Assembly: GCA_973895155.1 (NCBI GenBank)
Contig: OZ316891.1
Location: forward strand, 22,587,884 to 22,651,883
DNA length: 64,000 bases
Source of the DNA: Marsupella aquatica
Lineage: Eukaryota > Plantae > Marchantiophyta
Direction of reading: 5' to 3'
The notes beneath the pieces were generated by a model, which saw only the letters and a list, made by a program, of their open reading frames with translations, was not told the DNA's origin and searched no databases. Below, piece by piece: positions 28,008 through 41,422 of this stretch; within the stretch, counting starts at the first letter, position 1, and each line of letters begins with the position of its first letter. The position numbers and the translations under genes were made by a program.

Positions 28008-29121
28008 ATTCCATATGCCAAGGTGTACATATTATTTTAAATATATGAGTTTTGACTTTAGAACCCATGAGTGCCCTACATTGTTACTATACACGGTGTC
28101 AATTTTTTCATGACCTTTGATATGCAAGACAGCCCTAAGAGCCAACTTGCATGTGAACGGCCCTAAGTTTCCTGACTTGTTCGTTGTAGCAAGTGGGTTA
28201 GTGTAAGGCTCCTTGTGCATCCCTTACAAGGCAGGAAGAAAGGCTCTTGCATGAAGAAGGTCCTCAAAAAGTAGGCAATTAAGTTAACTGATGGCACTCT
28301 ATGAATGAAGGAGAAATTCATGACTTGTTGAGCATAGACGACACTCATAACGATAAGCACATGACACATCCAATGCTCAAGTAGTCAACACAAGAGATAT
28401 GTGGTTCACCTCCTCAAGACTACGTCCACGGGAACACACAAGATAGCTTTACTGAACTCTAAGCCCGTCGGTTATACCAAGTCTCCACAGTATAAACTCT
28501 CCTCATTTCTCAAGTGGCTACATAACAATGAGCCTAAGTTTCACTTATCCAAGCAAACATCACTTGGCATATAGTGTGCATCCTAGTTAACCTAACCACG
28601 TCTCCGACTATGGTTAGTCTAACTACGGTTACATGTCGCAACCCTAGACCTTGAGTAAATACCTAACATGACTCAACCCCGTCCTCAGGCAGGCTAGTGT
28701 TTGCACAAACCCCTATCCAAGGTGGGGTGCACCAAAGTAGTTTGCCGCAAAAACTACTGCAGTTGACACTTAGAATGATTGAAGGTCAGTGTCATATCAC
28801 CAAAATGGGAACGGGGCAACAACTAGGAGGACAAACCACTTGACACTTCAATAGAAGAATTGGAGGTCAGTGTCTTACCACCTACACGGGAAATGAGGCA
28901 ACAACTAGGAGGAGACTCCAAGGGAATGTAATAATTGAAATGGAGGTCGGGGCCTTATCACCTGAATAGAAACTGGGCAACATTAGGAGTGAGACCCAAA
29001 GGGTAGTAACAAATGACATAATTTATGTACAGAGTGCAGGTTACATGTGTGTATCCATTTTTTGAGGTACCTATAATGCCCATAACCTCTTGCCCCCAAA
29101 TAAAGTTTTTCCCGGATAGTA
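27660..29121. mobile_element. Putative degenerate non-autonomous TIR DNA transposon (CACTA-like ends)
   Basis: The left end taccgcccggaaaac resembles the reverse-complemented right end tactatccgggaaaaaac. Inverted subterminal ggttatgg motifs are present. Inside are ~103-bp x2 and ~80-bp x3 repeats, with no ORF. Confidence 0.3.
27965..28004. repeat. (CT)n microsatellite
   Basis: About 20 perfect CT units. Confidence 0.95.
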
Positions 29122-29463
29122 GGAGATGTGGGCACGGGTTCTAGCCTAAGTATCACTACTGTTTACAGAACATCCAAGCATATACGAGCATCTCCAATAG
29201 TGCTTCCAAAGTGCCCTGTAAACACCAAACCGTACGTAGAGAAGAAATGAAAGTCTAACCTATGGCACCATCGGGAATTTGATTTGTGAAGGTGCTACTT
29301 TTTGCAACTCCCTATAGCTACTTTTGGGCAGTAAGGCCATGGCTACTCAGTCCTCTCGGGGGAGGGGGTTCACTATATGGAGGACCATATATCAAATGCG
29401 ACATATAGGTTATTTATGACTTCCCTTAACCACTTTTCCATACAATTGTACAACATCAACAAT

Positions 29464-29912
29464 ATGATCATGTCTGTATTTTTCAGTTAAATTTTTTTAT
29501 ACTTCCTCTAAGATCTCAAAAAGACTTTCTCAGAATTATTAAAATGACCCTCTATGATCATGTCTATATTTTTCAGTTACAATTTTTTATACTTACTCTA
29601 AGATCTCAAAAAGACTTTCTCAGAATTATTAAAATGACCCTCTATTTTGTGGCAAGTGATATGCCCCTTCTGTTAAACCCCGTTAAACCCCCCCCCCCCC
29701 CCCCCCAAGCCTCCGCCAGCACCAAAAGCAATCGCCCTACAAAGTCACAACTGTGGTCATCTTGGCGGTGACTTCCCTTATGCAATCAAATCCTGGTGAC
29801 TACAAAGTCACAAAGTATGGTAATCTTGGGGGTGACTTCCCCTAGTGCAATCAAATCCTGGTGACTACAAAGTCACAAGTATGGTAATCTTGGGGGTGAT
29901 TTCCCCCTAGTG
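29464..29912. repeat. Tandem duplications and a poly-C tract immediately 3' of xylulose kinase
   Basis: ~90-bp x2 (tatgatcatgtct..aaaatgaccctctat), poly-C at ~29688-29706, and ~62-bp x3 (tacaaagtcacaa..tggt[a/c]atcttgg..gacttccc). Confidence 0.85.
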
Positions 29913-29925
29913 CTGCAATCAGGTG

Positions 29926-32900
29926 CTAGTGACTGCCTCGATACTGTCGTACCAACGACTTTTCTATTTCGAGTTTTCTTCGTGCTTGCACTCCATATGC
30001 GTCGTGCAATTTAGCATCACCTGCTTCGACAGCAAGATTCAACTCAGCTGCGCCATCCTCTGCAGCCATCCTCAAAAGCTCAGAGAAAGTGAACCCTGGA
30101 TCTGCCTGCGAATGGTAACCATGAGCAGCACGCAATGCACCTCCAAGTGCCGCTGAATCTGCAGCAAGAAGACGGAATTCCCACACCTGAGTCCTAGAAG
30201 CTCCAATCGTCCTCGATAAACATGCGAATTCTATGGAGTTGTTGCTTTGCGTGCCTGTCATTCTTAAATTGTAAGCAGGAGCTCAGTCGACCTATTCAAA
30301 GCGTGGTGCTGGTGAAGATTAGAGGCTACCTGGTCTCTGGGCGACGTAGACGTTCACCCCAAACACATCACCTAGAACCCTCAGCAGATGTTGGTTGGCA
30401 GATGCACCACCAGTCGCGATGATTCGGTCAGGATCAGGCATACCAAAGTTGCTGGCATGGCTTTTCATTGCCAGAATCTGGCCTTCAACAATAGCTCGCA
30501 CCTGTACGAAAGTTTGGAGCAGTCGCAATTAAGAGTAATGTTCACTTCGAGAGCAACAACAAGGACCAGTTGTGCTACTGACACGACTTACCTCAGTGGC
30601 ATTATCAAATTCAGATGCTCTCACAGCTTCTCCTTCACCGCTGGCCAGAATGTACCTATGCACACCAACTGCCAAGCGATCGAAGGATTAGCCTCGGGAT
30701 TCAGTACTGACTAACACGGACAAATGATCTCATTTCAGGAGCTTATGAAGAGGGTTAATTCAGCCAACACGCAGTGCCGAGACCATCTGGATGTTGAGTA
30801 ATTGGCTTCAAACGTACTAGTTCAAATGAGCTTGTCTTAGCTGGACATACCAGGGAGAGGAGGAAGAATCTCTGGCTCGTTGTAGTAAAATCCAAGTTTT
30901 CCACCTGTAATGTTTGCAATCCTTCAGTTAGGCTGCGAGAAAGTAGATGACTCGGGATGTGAGCGCTACATAGTTGTAGGTAACAAGCCTGGACATATAT
31001 TTCACTAACCATTGAGCGGAGGACTTTTGTTCAGAAGCTCGTTGAATGTGTCCCATGATCCCTCAGCCACGCGGTCGCGCACCTCTGCAAGAATCGCAGC
31101 CTTATACGTTTGAGATTTGGCCTGTAACGGTTACCAACTATAATGTACTCGCGATTGTAAACAGAAGACAACCTCGGTGAAAAATTGATGAAAGGGTTAC
31201 GAAATTCAAGACGGAATCTCCTACCTTGACGAGTGAGAGACCCATTCTTGTAGCACAGCATACACATGTAGGACTCGGGATCCACTGGATTTGGAAATAC
31301 GTGTCCATCAAGCCCTGGTTGAGGACTTCTGGAAACACCAAAGACCTGCAGAATCATCAAGGGTCCATCATTCTCATTCCATCTCGCTCTACGAAAGTGT
31401 CCAATGAAAAACTTCGTATATTTGTACTAATCAACATTGGCTCATCCATTTTCTTACTGTGTCACTAGTGCCGAGGCTGACGGCTAAATCCCCAGGTTTC
31501 TCCAGTGCTAGCCCTGCACTCCGTCGAACAATAAAGGTTGTAAAATGCTCACCTCCCCAAAGTTGAAAACTGGACTTGAAAATCTTGTGAATTCAAGAAC
31601 TTCTAAGCAAGCAAATCCAAGGTCTACAGTGCACGTGAAACTTACCAGCAAGGCTGCAAGGATTGTCGCCTGACCAGTGGATAACTACGGTGTCTGGTTT
31701 GAACTTGTACCTGGAACGCAATAATAAAATTGTTCACAGCCGTCTAAGCAGTGCTTTCTCACTCTCCAGTCTCTACGAGAAGGAGCAACCGATGCATTTT
31801 GAACTAAGCAGTAGAGGCCACTCTTGTAGATACATAACTACCAAAGCTTAAGACAGCAACTATCGGTCCTCCTTGAAAAGACTTTATCATGCAACTATCT
31901 AGTATCCTACCTCTCCACGAAAAACTTATGAAGTTTTCCAGCAACTGTATGCGACGGTGCCAAAGGGCCAAGCTTCTCCTTCAAAAATGGTGCTGTTGCC
32001 TGCCAGCAAAACAACCGTCGAATGTTGGAAACACAGGAGACGTCCATGAAAGCTAATGCCCCATAATGAACAGAACTCGGCGATTCGGAGGAGATATGTG
32101 ACAACCAAGCAGTTGTCGGACTGTAAACATTTCACCACATCGTCTCCTGCAATGTCAATTTTGACCAGCTTTCACAAACCTCTAAAGCCGCAGGTGACCA
32201 CGTTCGTTTCTTCAGGTCCATCAGGTTCATGCCTGCCCCGTCGGCTTGGTCGATACTAGCGTATTTCCCGACGAGAAGAGATGTCATGAAAGAGCTGACC
32301 AGTGAAATTCTTTCGGTCTTTTTGTAGGCATCCTCCTGCAGCAGCGTCAAGGAGATTAACGAGTTAACGAGTATTTAAACTAGAGTATATGAAGTCAAAG
32401 CATCTAGAACAGAAGATCAAAAACCCGCTAACCAGAATCTCGTCGCTGCGATTTAATTTTCAAGGCAAAGTCTATAATCTGGTAGTGACAGGAAGGTTGG
32501 AGCCTGTACATTTGTTTGGAAGATTTTACGGATTTGAGGCCCAGTGAACCTTTCGTGAGCGCGGGAACCAGTCAATTTACACACACGACTTGGGCCTCCG
32601 AGGGCCTCTTCAATCTCCCCGCACTGCTTGGAAGTGCTGCTGTTCATCCAGACAGGGGAGTCAGCAATTGTAAATGCGTTTTGCAGTTGCGACACAAGCG
32701 TTTGCGAGGGGTCGAGATTCTTCAGGAGCTGATTACCGCCCTCCTTCCAGTAAACACTTCCGTGCTGTTGCCCGCTCCCAGAAACGGCCACCACTTTATC
32801 AAACTGGAACCCCTTCTTCTGCAAATTGCTCAGCGCGCACTCGAGGGCTTCTACCCACATGAGCACGGGGCCCGTGACTCTGCCACGGCAAGCAGGATCC

Positions 32901-33070
32901 CGATGCACGCCGTCCAAAGTCCCGTATTGAGGTAAAGCGGCGTCAAATTGAATGCTGTCAAACGCAATCGTTCTCAGTTTCGCGTCCAATGCAATGACCT
33001 TGAGTGACTGAGTCGAGCTGTCGAATCCGAGGTACACAGGATCGACCGCTCCATCTTCCATCACTGCCAT
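29926..33070 (-). CDS. XK2: Xylulose kinase (FGGY family, XK2/XYLB-like), multi-exon
   Basis: Exons read YLGFDSSTQSLK, VSGSGQQHGSVYW, LTGSRAHERFTGPQIRKI, TERISLVSSF, WSGDNPCSLAG, SLGTSDT, MLCYKNGSLTR, IIATGGASAN and SAALGGALRAAH. The ATG is at 33070 and the stop at 29926. Confidence 0.95.
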
Positions 33071-33514
33071 CGCGTCGGAGCTCAATCAAATCTCCAAGCC
33101 TTAGTATTCTCAGGAGAACCGAGCTCTGTCAGCAGTGGAATCCAAGAGGAGAGGGGAGAATTCCGAAAGCTCGATCTCCAGGCGCCCAAAAGAATTTACA
33201 ATGTCAATCTCTAATCTACTAACTCCATCTTATACCGAATCGTTCTGCCAAAGCTCCGTGCGAATGCGAATCTCAACAGCACGGCACGACATACACGCAC
33301 GACCCAATCAGCACGCACTTAATTTACGCCGCAGCCTCTCGTAAGCAAAGCATAGAAGTGCCCGAGTAGAGAGACTCTCACAAGTTTGTACCAAAGTTAT
33401 CATATATATAATCTATCTTCTGTCTATGTATAGTACAATCCACAATCTTCTATCTATACGTAGTACAACCCATAATCTTCTATTACACCCCATAAGAGTG
33501 CAGACATTTGCCCG

Positions 33515-33765
33515 AGTCCTTCTGGCTTTTTGCTTGTCCCCCCTCCATTAGTCCATTGGGTCTTTTGCCTGAGGGATCATGTCTTGGTTATCTCCCCTCA
33601 ATTGGGTCTTTTGCCTGAGGGATCATGTCTCCATTGTCCTCCTTCAATTTGGTCTTTCGCCTGAGGGATCATGTCTCTGTTGTCCCCCCTCAATTTGGTC
33701 CTTTGCCTGAGGGATCATGTCTCCCGGACAAGCATCTTTTGTGTGGGGGATCATGTCTCCTGGAT
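33515..33765 (+). repeat. 46-bp tandem array derived from the 3' UTR of the CRE-like retrotransposon
   Basis: Units start at 33555, 33601, 33647 and 33693, with a partial unit at ~33746. The core ttgggtcttttgcctgagggatcatgtctcc is the exact reverse complement of 46212-46242. Confidence 0.85.
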
Positions 33766-33799
33766 GGGCATCTTTTGTTTGCAGGAGTTTGAAAACACA

Positions 33800-35640
33800 T
33801 GAGTGCTTATTCTCCGTGTTATGATGTCACACGTGTCAAATTGTGAGTAAACTAACTAAAATAGCCAAGCACGGGTCAGCACAGCCCAATAGGGAAATAA
33901 TGCTAAGGATGAGTATGCAACTAAGATTACCTGAGCAGGGTTCAGTCAGCATGGGTAAAACTAGGAGTGTTTAGCCATCAAAGAAGGAGATATTGTAAGG
34001 CACACTGGATCTATTGTGGATGTTTTGGTAGGAAAGGTTTAGGAGTACCCATTGATTGATGGAAAAGGTGCTTTAAGTGCTTTAAGCACTGTAGAACAAG
34101 AAATTTAGAAGTGAAAGCACGGGGGTTAGAGCAGGGTTCCATATGCGTACAGTCAGGGAGTGGAAGGCCCATTGATGGAGAAGGTACTTTAAGAGCTGTA
34201 GAACAAAGACATGTAGATTAGAAGTGAAAGCACCCGGGTTAGAGCAGGGTTCCATGTGCATACTGTCAAGGGAGCAGGGGCCATACTGGGGAGCACGGGT
34301 GGCAGGCAGAGTGGGGCACAAGGAGGCGGGTGAATGATGTCTCATGTGCCGAGTATTAGTGAACTAACCAAATTAGCCCAGCATGGGTCAGCATGGTCTA
34401 TTACAAATATAAGCCAACCTCGTAACTAGTGCTTCTCAGCCAGGTTATGATGTCACATGTGAAGAGTACAAGTAGAATAAAAATATAGTCCAGGATGGGT
34501 GAGTATGAAAAGAAAACAAGCCTGATTTGCAACTAAGATTAGCTGAGCAGGCTAGCATTCGTAAAACTAGCGGAGCAAGGGCCCACTGCAAGACTTATCT
34601 GAGAATTGGGTCCAAAGTATGCTAAAATTAGTGGAGCATGGGTCCACTGTTATCGTTAACCAAGTATGGGTCACCAACTGTGGATCTGTTGATTATGCAC
34701 GTTTTGTGAATTGTTGGTTCCTATTACTTTGACCTGTTGGATGCTGAGTTACTTAACTAGTGACACAGGCCTGTTTTGAAGGTGTGGATTATGATCTCAC
34801 ACATGGCTTTGGCATATTGAGGGGTTCCCATCTCACAGGTGCCAAGCATGGGTCCGCCCCTAAAATTAGCTGGGCATATGTTGCAGATCCATCTATGACT
34901 ACCATGCTTCCCAAGTTAACTTTCAGCACTGTCAAACCTCACAGGCCAGGAAGGCAGCATTGCACGAGCTCAGTCAAAAAGCTCTGAAGAGGATCTCCAA
35001 TCGGAGTTTATGGCTCACACAGGTTATGCTTCTTGGGGGACCAGAATTTAATTGCATCAATAGCAATCATAGTGTTGGTTTTGAATGTCCTCTCATCAAC
35101 TAAAAACCATCCTCTCAAGATTCTGTCATTCCAGTGCTAGCCCCCAAAAGCATGTATGAAGGGAGTATGATCGTGAGCTTAATTAGGGTGTGCCTTGACC
35201 ATGCTGAAGCAAGAGTGGGAAACGACAGGGAGAATGGCTCGTTTTGGCACCAAGGAGTATAAGGCCTGATCCACTCCTGGACCCTCAGGACCAGATCATG
35301 GCCAAAGACTCGGGCGCTCTCACATTCCTGGACCTGACCATCGGGACGTGCAAGCACCTATTGCGTCCGGATGGATCAGCACAGCTCTGAACCCACTGGC
35401 CACAGACTGCGCTTGGACCTGCGCGGCCATGGGGTAAGGCAGGCAAGCAAGATGGTCCTAGCCTGGAGCGTGATGGACCTACACACATGGACCCGAAGTG
35501 CTAACACTAATTTGGAGAAATGTGTTCGGTTTGTCCTTGTACTTTGCATTCTGTGCGCCAGATATGAAGACCTCGGACATGATTCCATTTGCTTTTGGAA
35601 AACGCTCTGAGTGAACTACATTCACTTTTTGACACAGGAT
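33800..35640. repeat. Degenerate repetitive intergenic DNA (probable TE relics)
   Basis: Recurrent agcatgggtc and actaagatta..ctgagcagg motifs, a ~115-bp duplication at ~34055-34270, and no credible ORF. Confidence 0.4.
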
Positions 35641-36178
35641 AGTGTTAAAATCAGGTGCTAACTTGTCTTCTTTGTTCCTCCCTTTCTTTCAGAGTCCAGT
35701 TCAGTTTTTCTTCGACTGTTTGGTGAACTCGAAACGAAGTACTTGTGTTCTACTGTTGCTTCGTCGTCCCAATTGACAAACATCCTCCATCCTCTTGCTT
35801 CGGAATGGGATTCGCTCGAGACTACGCAAACTAACTCTCAAAGGATGTTTTCATTTAGCAGGAGATTCGAGACAGGTCTACCAAAAATAAGGAAAGATTA
35901 CCGCACAACAAGGGCTCGTCCAACAAAAATTCAAAGCCAGGACTTGCACAATTCCCATGGTCGGCATAGAAATGTGCCGAGGGATCGGTGAAAACTCCTT
36001 GCCAACCCGTCGCCTGCTAGATTGGTCCACAATCCAGTAGCCACTATATTTGTTATTGATATCAAAACTGGAGCAACTCTCGGACTATGACAATTTGAGA
36101 ACTTACAAATACGTTGTAAACCTCAACAATTGGTGCTTTCTAAAGAACTTAATGTACACAAACAGGAATTGCATCAAA

Positions 36179-39100
36179 CTAATCCTCCTCTCCTACTGAC
36201 AGTCTTTGTTTCTTCCATTGATATGCAGCCTCCAAAATCTTAAGATTCGGTGCCATGCCCGTTTCTTCAGGGAAGATGTAATCTATGTACTCCTCAAACC
36301 TGCAAGGGTAACAAAGCTATTAGATAACGTTCCAGTGAAAAAAATAGCCAATTCAACTGCATTTTCTTCGATGCCTGGACTTAGGTAAATCCTCATTCTA
36401 CCTATAATGAACATTAAAATATTCCGGTAGAACACCTGACAAGGCCATTCTTGAGTGAGGAAAACAAATGACGCCAAGAAGCATTTGGCCATCTGATCGG
36501 AGAGAAGGTGGCACAGATGCGGCGAACGGAATATAGAACATACCCAGCTGGTGTCCCATCATCTGATACAATTTGACGTTTGCGCTTGACCCGCCTTGGC
36601 ATTTTCCTTTGCACGGAAGCCAAATCTCCAAATTCCCCAAAGCTTTTCTCCATTTCTCGCCACTCCTCCAGCAGTATCGCTCTCTCCTCCTTTTGCTCTG
36701 GTGCAGAATTTCGAAAGCTTTCAAAGGCCCTCTCAAACACCCCTGCAAGACGAGAAAGTGAGAAAAAGATACTAAAGTTAGCTCTGACAGCACAATTCCC
36801 ACACATCACCTAAGCAGTTTAATAATGATAGAAAAGATTCCCTGGTCTACAATCAATACGTAAGGAGCACGAATGTCATTTGCACTTGCGGTGAGGTTTC
36901 CGTGAACAGCAAAAGTTGCCCTTCTTTTGGGAACCGGTACACACCTCGTGACCTAATACATCGGTCCTCAGTTTGCTCCTCTAGGAGAGGTCCATTAGGT
37001 TCTCTTTCTTCCGCTTGAGCCTGTGCCTCCTCCTCCAGCGGAACAGATGCCTCAAACTTCGCATAACTCACCCAAACTTTCAAGTGCTTTGTGCGATCCA
37101 ACAATCTCTCATAGAGCCGTCTCGTTCGCTCATGTTCACCTTCAGAAATCTCAAATTCGATGTATGCCTGGACACAATTAAGTCAGTTAGTAATCTGTTA
37201 CAAACAATAACACTCCCTACCATGCGGACTCAGGCTCAAAAATACCAGTAGTGAGCACAAACCTCCTTTGCTGAGAGCTGACCAATGTCCATTTTGGCAT
37301 TGGTGCAATGTATCCTTAATGCGGGAACTACGGGAGTTATATTACAACCTTCACTTGAATAAAGAACATCAAAATCGTAAGGAAACGCAGCAAAAACGTA
37401 CCTTCCATAATAGCTCAGGCATATCCAATACCGGTTGCGTGATTGCAAGCTCAAAAATCGCCCTTCCTCTTTCAGTTTCTCCTAAAGACCTCTCTAGCTC
37501 TGCATACTTGCTCCAAGCATAGCAGTTTGCAGGAGACCATTCTAAATACTTCTCGTACAGCGTTCGACATCTGTCGATGTTACCCAACTGCAATTCTATT
37601 TCTATGTACGTCTTGAAAATCTGCAAAAACGACGTTACATCTTAGCAGTTGACTCGAAAATTGATCTCACGCCGAAATCATATTCTTTCCGAATTCAAAA
37701 AATACATCAAATATAACTATATACGATTTCTTTCAATATACCAATCTACTACCTTGGACGGGCACTATGTTACTCCTTAATTCTCATGAGGGGAAAATGT
37801 CCGATCTGGAGGGGAAATAACCTACTTTATCCTTTGGAGCCATGCCAATCGCAGTTCCCAGAAGCCGACGAGCACCTGTGAGATTCATTTGCCTGATTTC
37901 AAATTGAGCTCCCATTAACCAGATCTTGGCAAAAGAAAACTTCTTGTGAGGCATTATTTTGAGACATTCCCTGCACATCAGAGTTACCAGTTCAATTAGA
38001 TCTGAGACTGCATTTACTGTGATGCCAAAGCCTCGCAGGAATAACATTCGTCCAACACGGAGACAGCAAGGTTAGCGATAGAAATCAAACCTGTAAACAT
38101 CTCTAGTTCTTTCAACGTCTTCTGCCTCCAGCTCCTCATACAGAGCATAGTTTATCCTGTTCAATCCAAAGCGACTCTCATGAGCACCAAGTTTTCAAAG
38201 CAAAGCTTGCCCAGGCCCGGCAGACTTATCATTTTCCTTGAAGTATTCAACTGGAAACAGAGTACCCAGTTATGACAAGAATATCCCCTGGTATTGGTTT
38301 CACCCAGCGCAGGTGCTCTGCAGAATAGACTGACTGAACTACTCAAACCAGATTCAACACTAACTGTATCCACGATGATATCCACATAGTATATAACCAA
38401 GGGGTTAAACTGCACAACAGATAGCTACCCCTGCAAAAGGCAGGAGAATCGATCTCTATGTCACAATCACACAAAGCCCGACCCAACACAATGCTCTCAA
38501 AGAACAGCTTTACACATAAACGGGAAATTGGTCCAATCACTTCATTGCAGGCCCAAGAGTTATTTTTGTAGGCATCAAGTAGTCCCTCACAGGGACTGAG
38601 AAGTGTCGAGGCTCTGAAGGATTTACCACAGGTAGATGTATCTTTGCCAGTACCGCTTTTCCTCAGCTGGCGGAAGACAGGCGATAGCTCTCTCATACAC
38701 CTCCCTAATTTTATCTTTGTTACCCACGCTCTCTTCCAGCCGCGCATAATCAAACCAGGCATCGTAACCCAGGGGATTATTCTTAACCTCCTCCTCATAT
38801 TGAAATCTCCTTTTACCCACAATCACATCCTCTATACCTGCCCTGTCACCATACTGCTTCTCAAACTGGACGAACTTCCTGTACAAGTCCTCGGCCTGGC
38901 CCTTGGGGATATGATCCAAGGCGTATTTATAAATGGCTCTCGCTCTCGCCAACTCCTTGAACTTCTCCTCGAATTCAGCAAAAGCCACGAAGAGCTCCTC
39001 CGTCTGGCCATCCTCACCGAGCTGCTGAATGGCCTTCTCATAGCATGACCGCCCCTTTCCTACCTCCCCATTCTTAACCTCGAATTTGGCAAAGCGAACC

Positions 39101-39780
39101 CATGCCTTGACCGTAGGATGGCACTGGACATACCTCTCAAAAATCGCCCTCACTCTCTCAATCTCATTGTATCTCAGCTCGAACTTCATGTACGCGCTCC
39201 ACCCGTGGTGATCCGGCTCCCAGGCCATCCACCTCTCGAAGATTTGGCGAGCCCCAGCCACGTTGCCAAGCATCTCCTCCATATGAATGTATTTGTACCA
39301 CAACTGGTCTATTCGGGGGAGAAGCGAGACAGCCCTGTCCCACACATTCCTTGCATGATTCACAAACCGGTGCTTCATCTCCATCTCGGCGTACTTCAGC
39401 CATAGCGTAGTATTTCGGTAGTCCACTTCGAGGGCTCTCTCCCATATGGACCTCGCGCGGGCGAAATCTTTCTGCGTTTCTTCCCACTGAGCGTATTTCA
39501 CCCAAACGCTTGTGTTCCATCTGACGCGCCGGATGAGGTCCTCAAACTCTTTGCGCCTCCGGAGACGGTACTCGGCGAGCTCCTCTGCATCTGTGATTTT
39601 CTGCTTCGGGGGGCGGATCTCGGCTTCTTGTCGCTCTCGGGCCTCTCGAAGGATCTGCTCGGCAGTGATTTGAATCTGCGCCGGGGTCTTGTTCTTGACC
39701 CGCGTAGGACGGGGCAGCTTCACCTCCGTCTCCTTCTTCGTCAAAAACCCCAAAGAGGGGTCTGCCTCCTTCATTGCCAT
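36179..39780 (-). CDS. CRNKL1: Crooked neck-like protein 1 (CLF1/SYF3, HAT-repeat splicing factor)
   Basis: Exon 1 has [28 protein letters not shown] and WQRYIYLW. Later exons read [30 protein letters not shown] and [10 protein letters not shown]. The last exon is [24 protein letters not shown], with the stop at 36179. Confidence 0.97.
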
Positions 39781-39913
39781 TTGCCTAAAAAATCAATCTG
39801 TGACTCAAAACAGAAGCTGAAGCTACTCACCAAAATTCAGAGCTCAGCGCAATCACGACAGTCATCGATGTCCTTGTGGCGAAGATTTACCGAGACGAGA
39901 GAAGAGCGTTATA

Positions 39914-39923
39914 GTTTAGGGTT
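39914..39923 (-). promoter_or_regulatory. telo-box-like motif (AACCCTAAAC) upstream of CRNKL1
   Basis: A single plant telomere-type motif ~135 bp upstream of the ATG. Telo-boxes are common near plant RNA-processing and translation genes. Confidence 0.4.
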
Positions 39924-40034
39924 CTGCAACACAGCCCTCATCACATCTCCATATTCAGGGAGACGAATCCCAAAATTGGATTCGGCCTCTCTGCTACCCG
40001 TCTGTTGTGCGTATTCAGAGAGACCAATCCCTAC

Positions 40035-40915
40035 ACGTCCGTTGTGCGCACAAACTGAAATTACACCATTCGTTTCTAAATGCGACGAGCTTCGACTGAA
40101 CCCCGCTTTCGAGTGGGGTTTATGTCAAAACGTACTCTATTCGAACTGTCCGTTGTCTGCACAGAAACTCAAATTACCCCATCCGTTTCCAAATGTCGAG
40201 AGCTTCGTCTGAACGCCACTTTCGCGTGGAGGTTGAGTCGAAAAGGAATTGAATTCAGACTCCGTCTGCTTCCCGTCCGTTGTCCGCACGCAAACTGAAA
40301 TTACACCATATCTTTCGATGTGTCAAGAGCTTCGAGTGAAGGTGGGGTTTGTGTCAAAAGGAATGCGCCTCTAAGGAATTTCGAACGCACCACCTCCGGG
40401 AGGTATTTGCTTGATCGACCCCCAAAATGAAACTTGTTATTTGATCTACCCCCGAGGTCTATCAACGGTCCAGATCTGAGATTGAAAGGTCCATCAACCG
40501 TCCAGAATGCGCCTCTAAGGAATGGTCTCTGAAAACCCAGATGAACCATATTTCTCATAATTGGAGTGCAGAAAATTAGGCTCCCATGGACTACGTTGGT
40601 CTTTGAAAACCCCCATGGACCACAACATTGGTCTCTGCAAACCCCCATGGACCACAACATTGGTCTCTGAAAACCCCCATGAAACATATTTCTTCATAAT
40701 TGGAGTGCAGAAAATTATGCTCCCATGGACCACGTTGGTCTTTGAAAACCCCCATGGACCACAATGTTGGTCTCTGAAAACCCCTATGACCCATATTTCT
40801 CATAATTGGAGTGCAGAAAATTATGCTCCCATGGACCATATTTCTCAAAAATTCAGTGCAGAAGATTAAGCTCCCATGGACCACAATGTTGGTCTTTGAA
40901 AACCCACATGGACCA
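40035..40915. repeat. Compound repeat block in the CRNKL1 upstream region
   Basis: ~120-bp degenerate unit x3 (ccgttgt..aaactgaaattacacc..gagcttcg). gaatgcgcctctaaggaat occurs as a direct repeat at ~40361 and ~40506. A satellite follows, made of ccatggaccacaa..ttggtctctgaaaaccc interleaved with catatttctcataattggagtgcagaaaattatgctc. Confidence 0.85.
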
Positions 40916-41422
40916 TATTGGAAATATGCTTGTTGGTTGTGCTCTTGGTTGTATCATGTAGGATTTCCCAAGAACAAAGTCATTCACAATTTTCAAGTTT
41001 TGAGATCCGTAGAGTGTCTACTAGGGAAAGATCTCTACTAGGGTGTCTTAAATCTGAAGTGCAAGAGAAACTTGTACAGCCCGCAAACGTGAGTTATGGA
41101 CGTTAGTCACAAGTGGTTGGAAAAGCTTTTGTGAGTGTCACTTTAGTTCTGGGAAAAAGTTTTTGACACTGACCGGAACCAAACCCAGAGAGTTAAGACA
41201 CCCTACTAGGGTCTCTCAAACCGGGAGGGCTACAAAAACTTTCCCGAGCCAAAAGTATTAGCTTCAAATATCAAAAATGTAATTGATGTACAATTATATC
41301 TTGTATGTCAATTAAAGTTTTTGGCCTCACTACCCAAATTATCTTGGGATCCATGTGTATCAATTAGAACTTTTTGGTATTATCAGTAAAATGTTTTTGG
41401 GATCCTTGTATGTCAATTGGAG

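Noticed and set aside
33555-33765. CRISPR-like look (30-bp repeat plus 16-bp spacers)
   Set aside because: The spacers are short and homologous to each other and to the retrotransposon, the DNA is eukaryotic, and there are no cas genes.
39628-40212. 194-aa plus-strand ORF
   Set aside because: It has a non-ATG start, is antisense to CRNKL1 exon 1 and runs into promoter repeats.
40301-41041. Several ORFs with repeated peptides
   Set aside because: They are translations of the minisatellite in multiple frames and on both strands.
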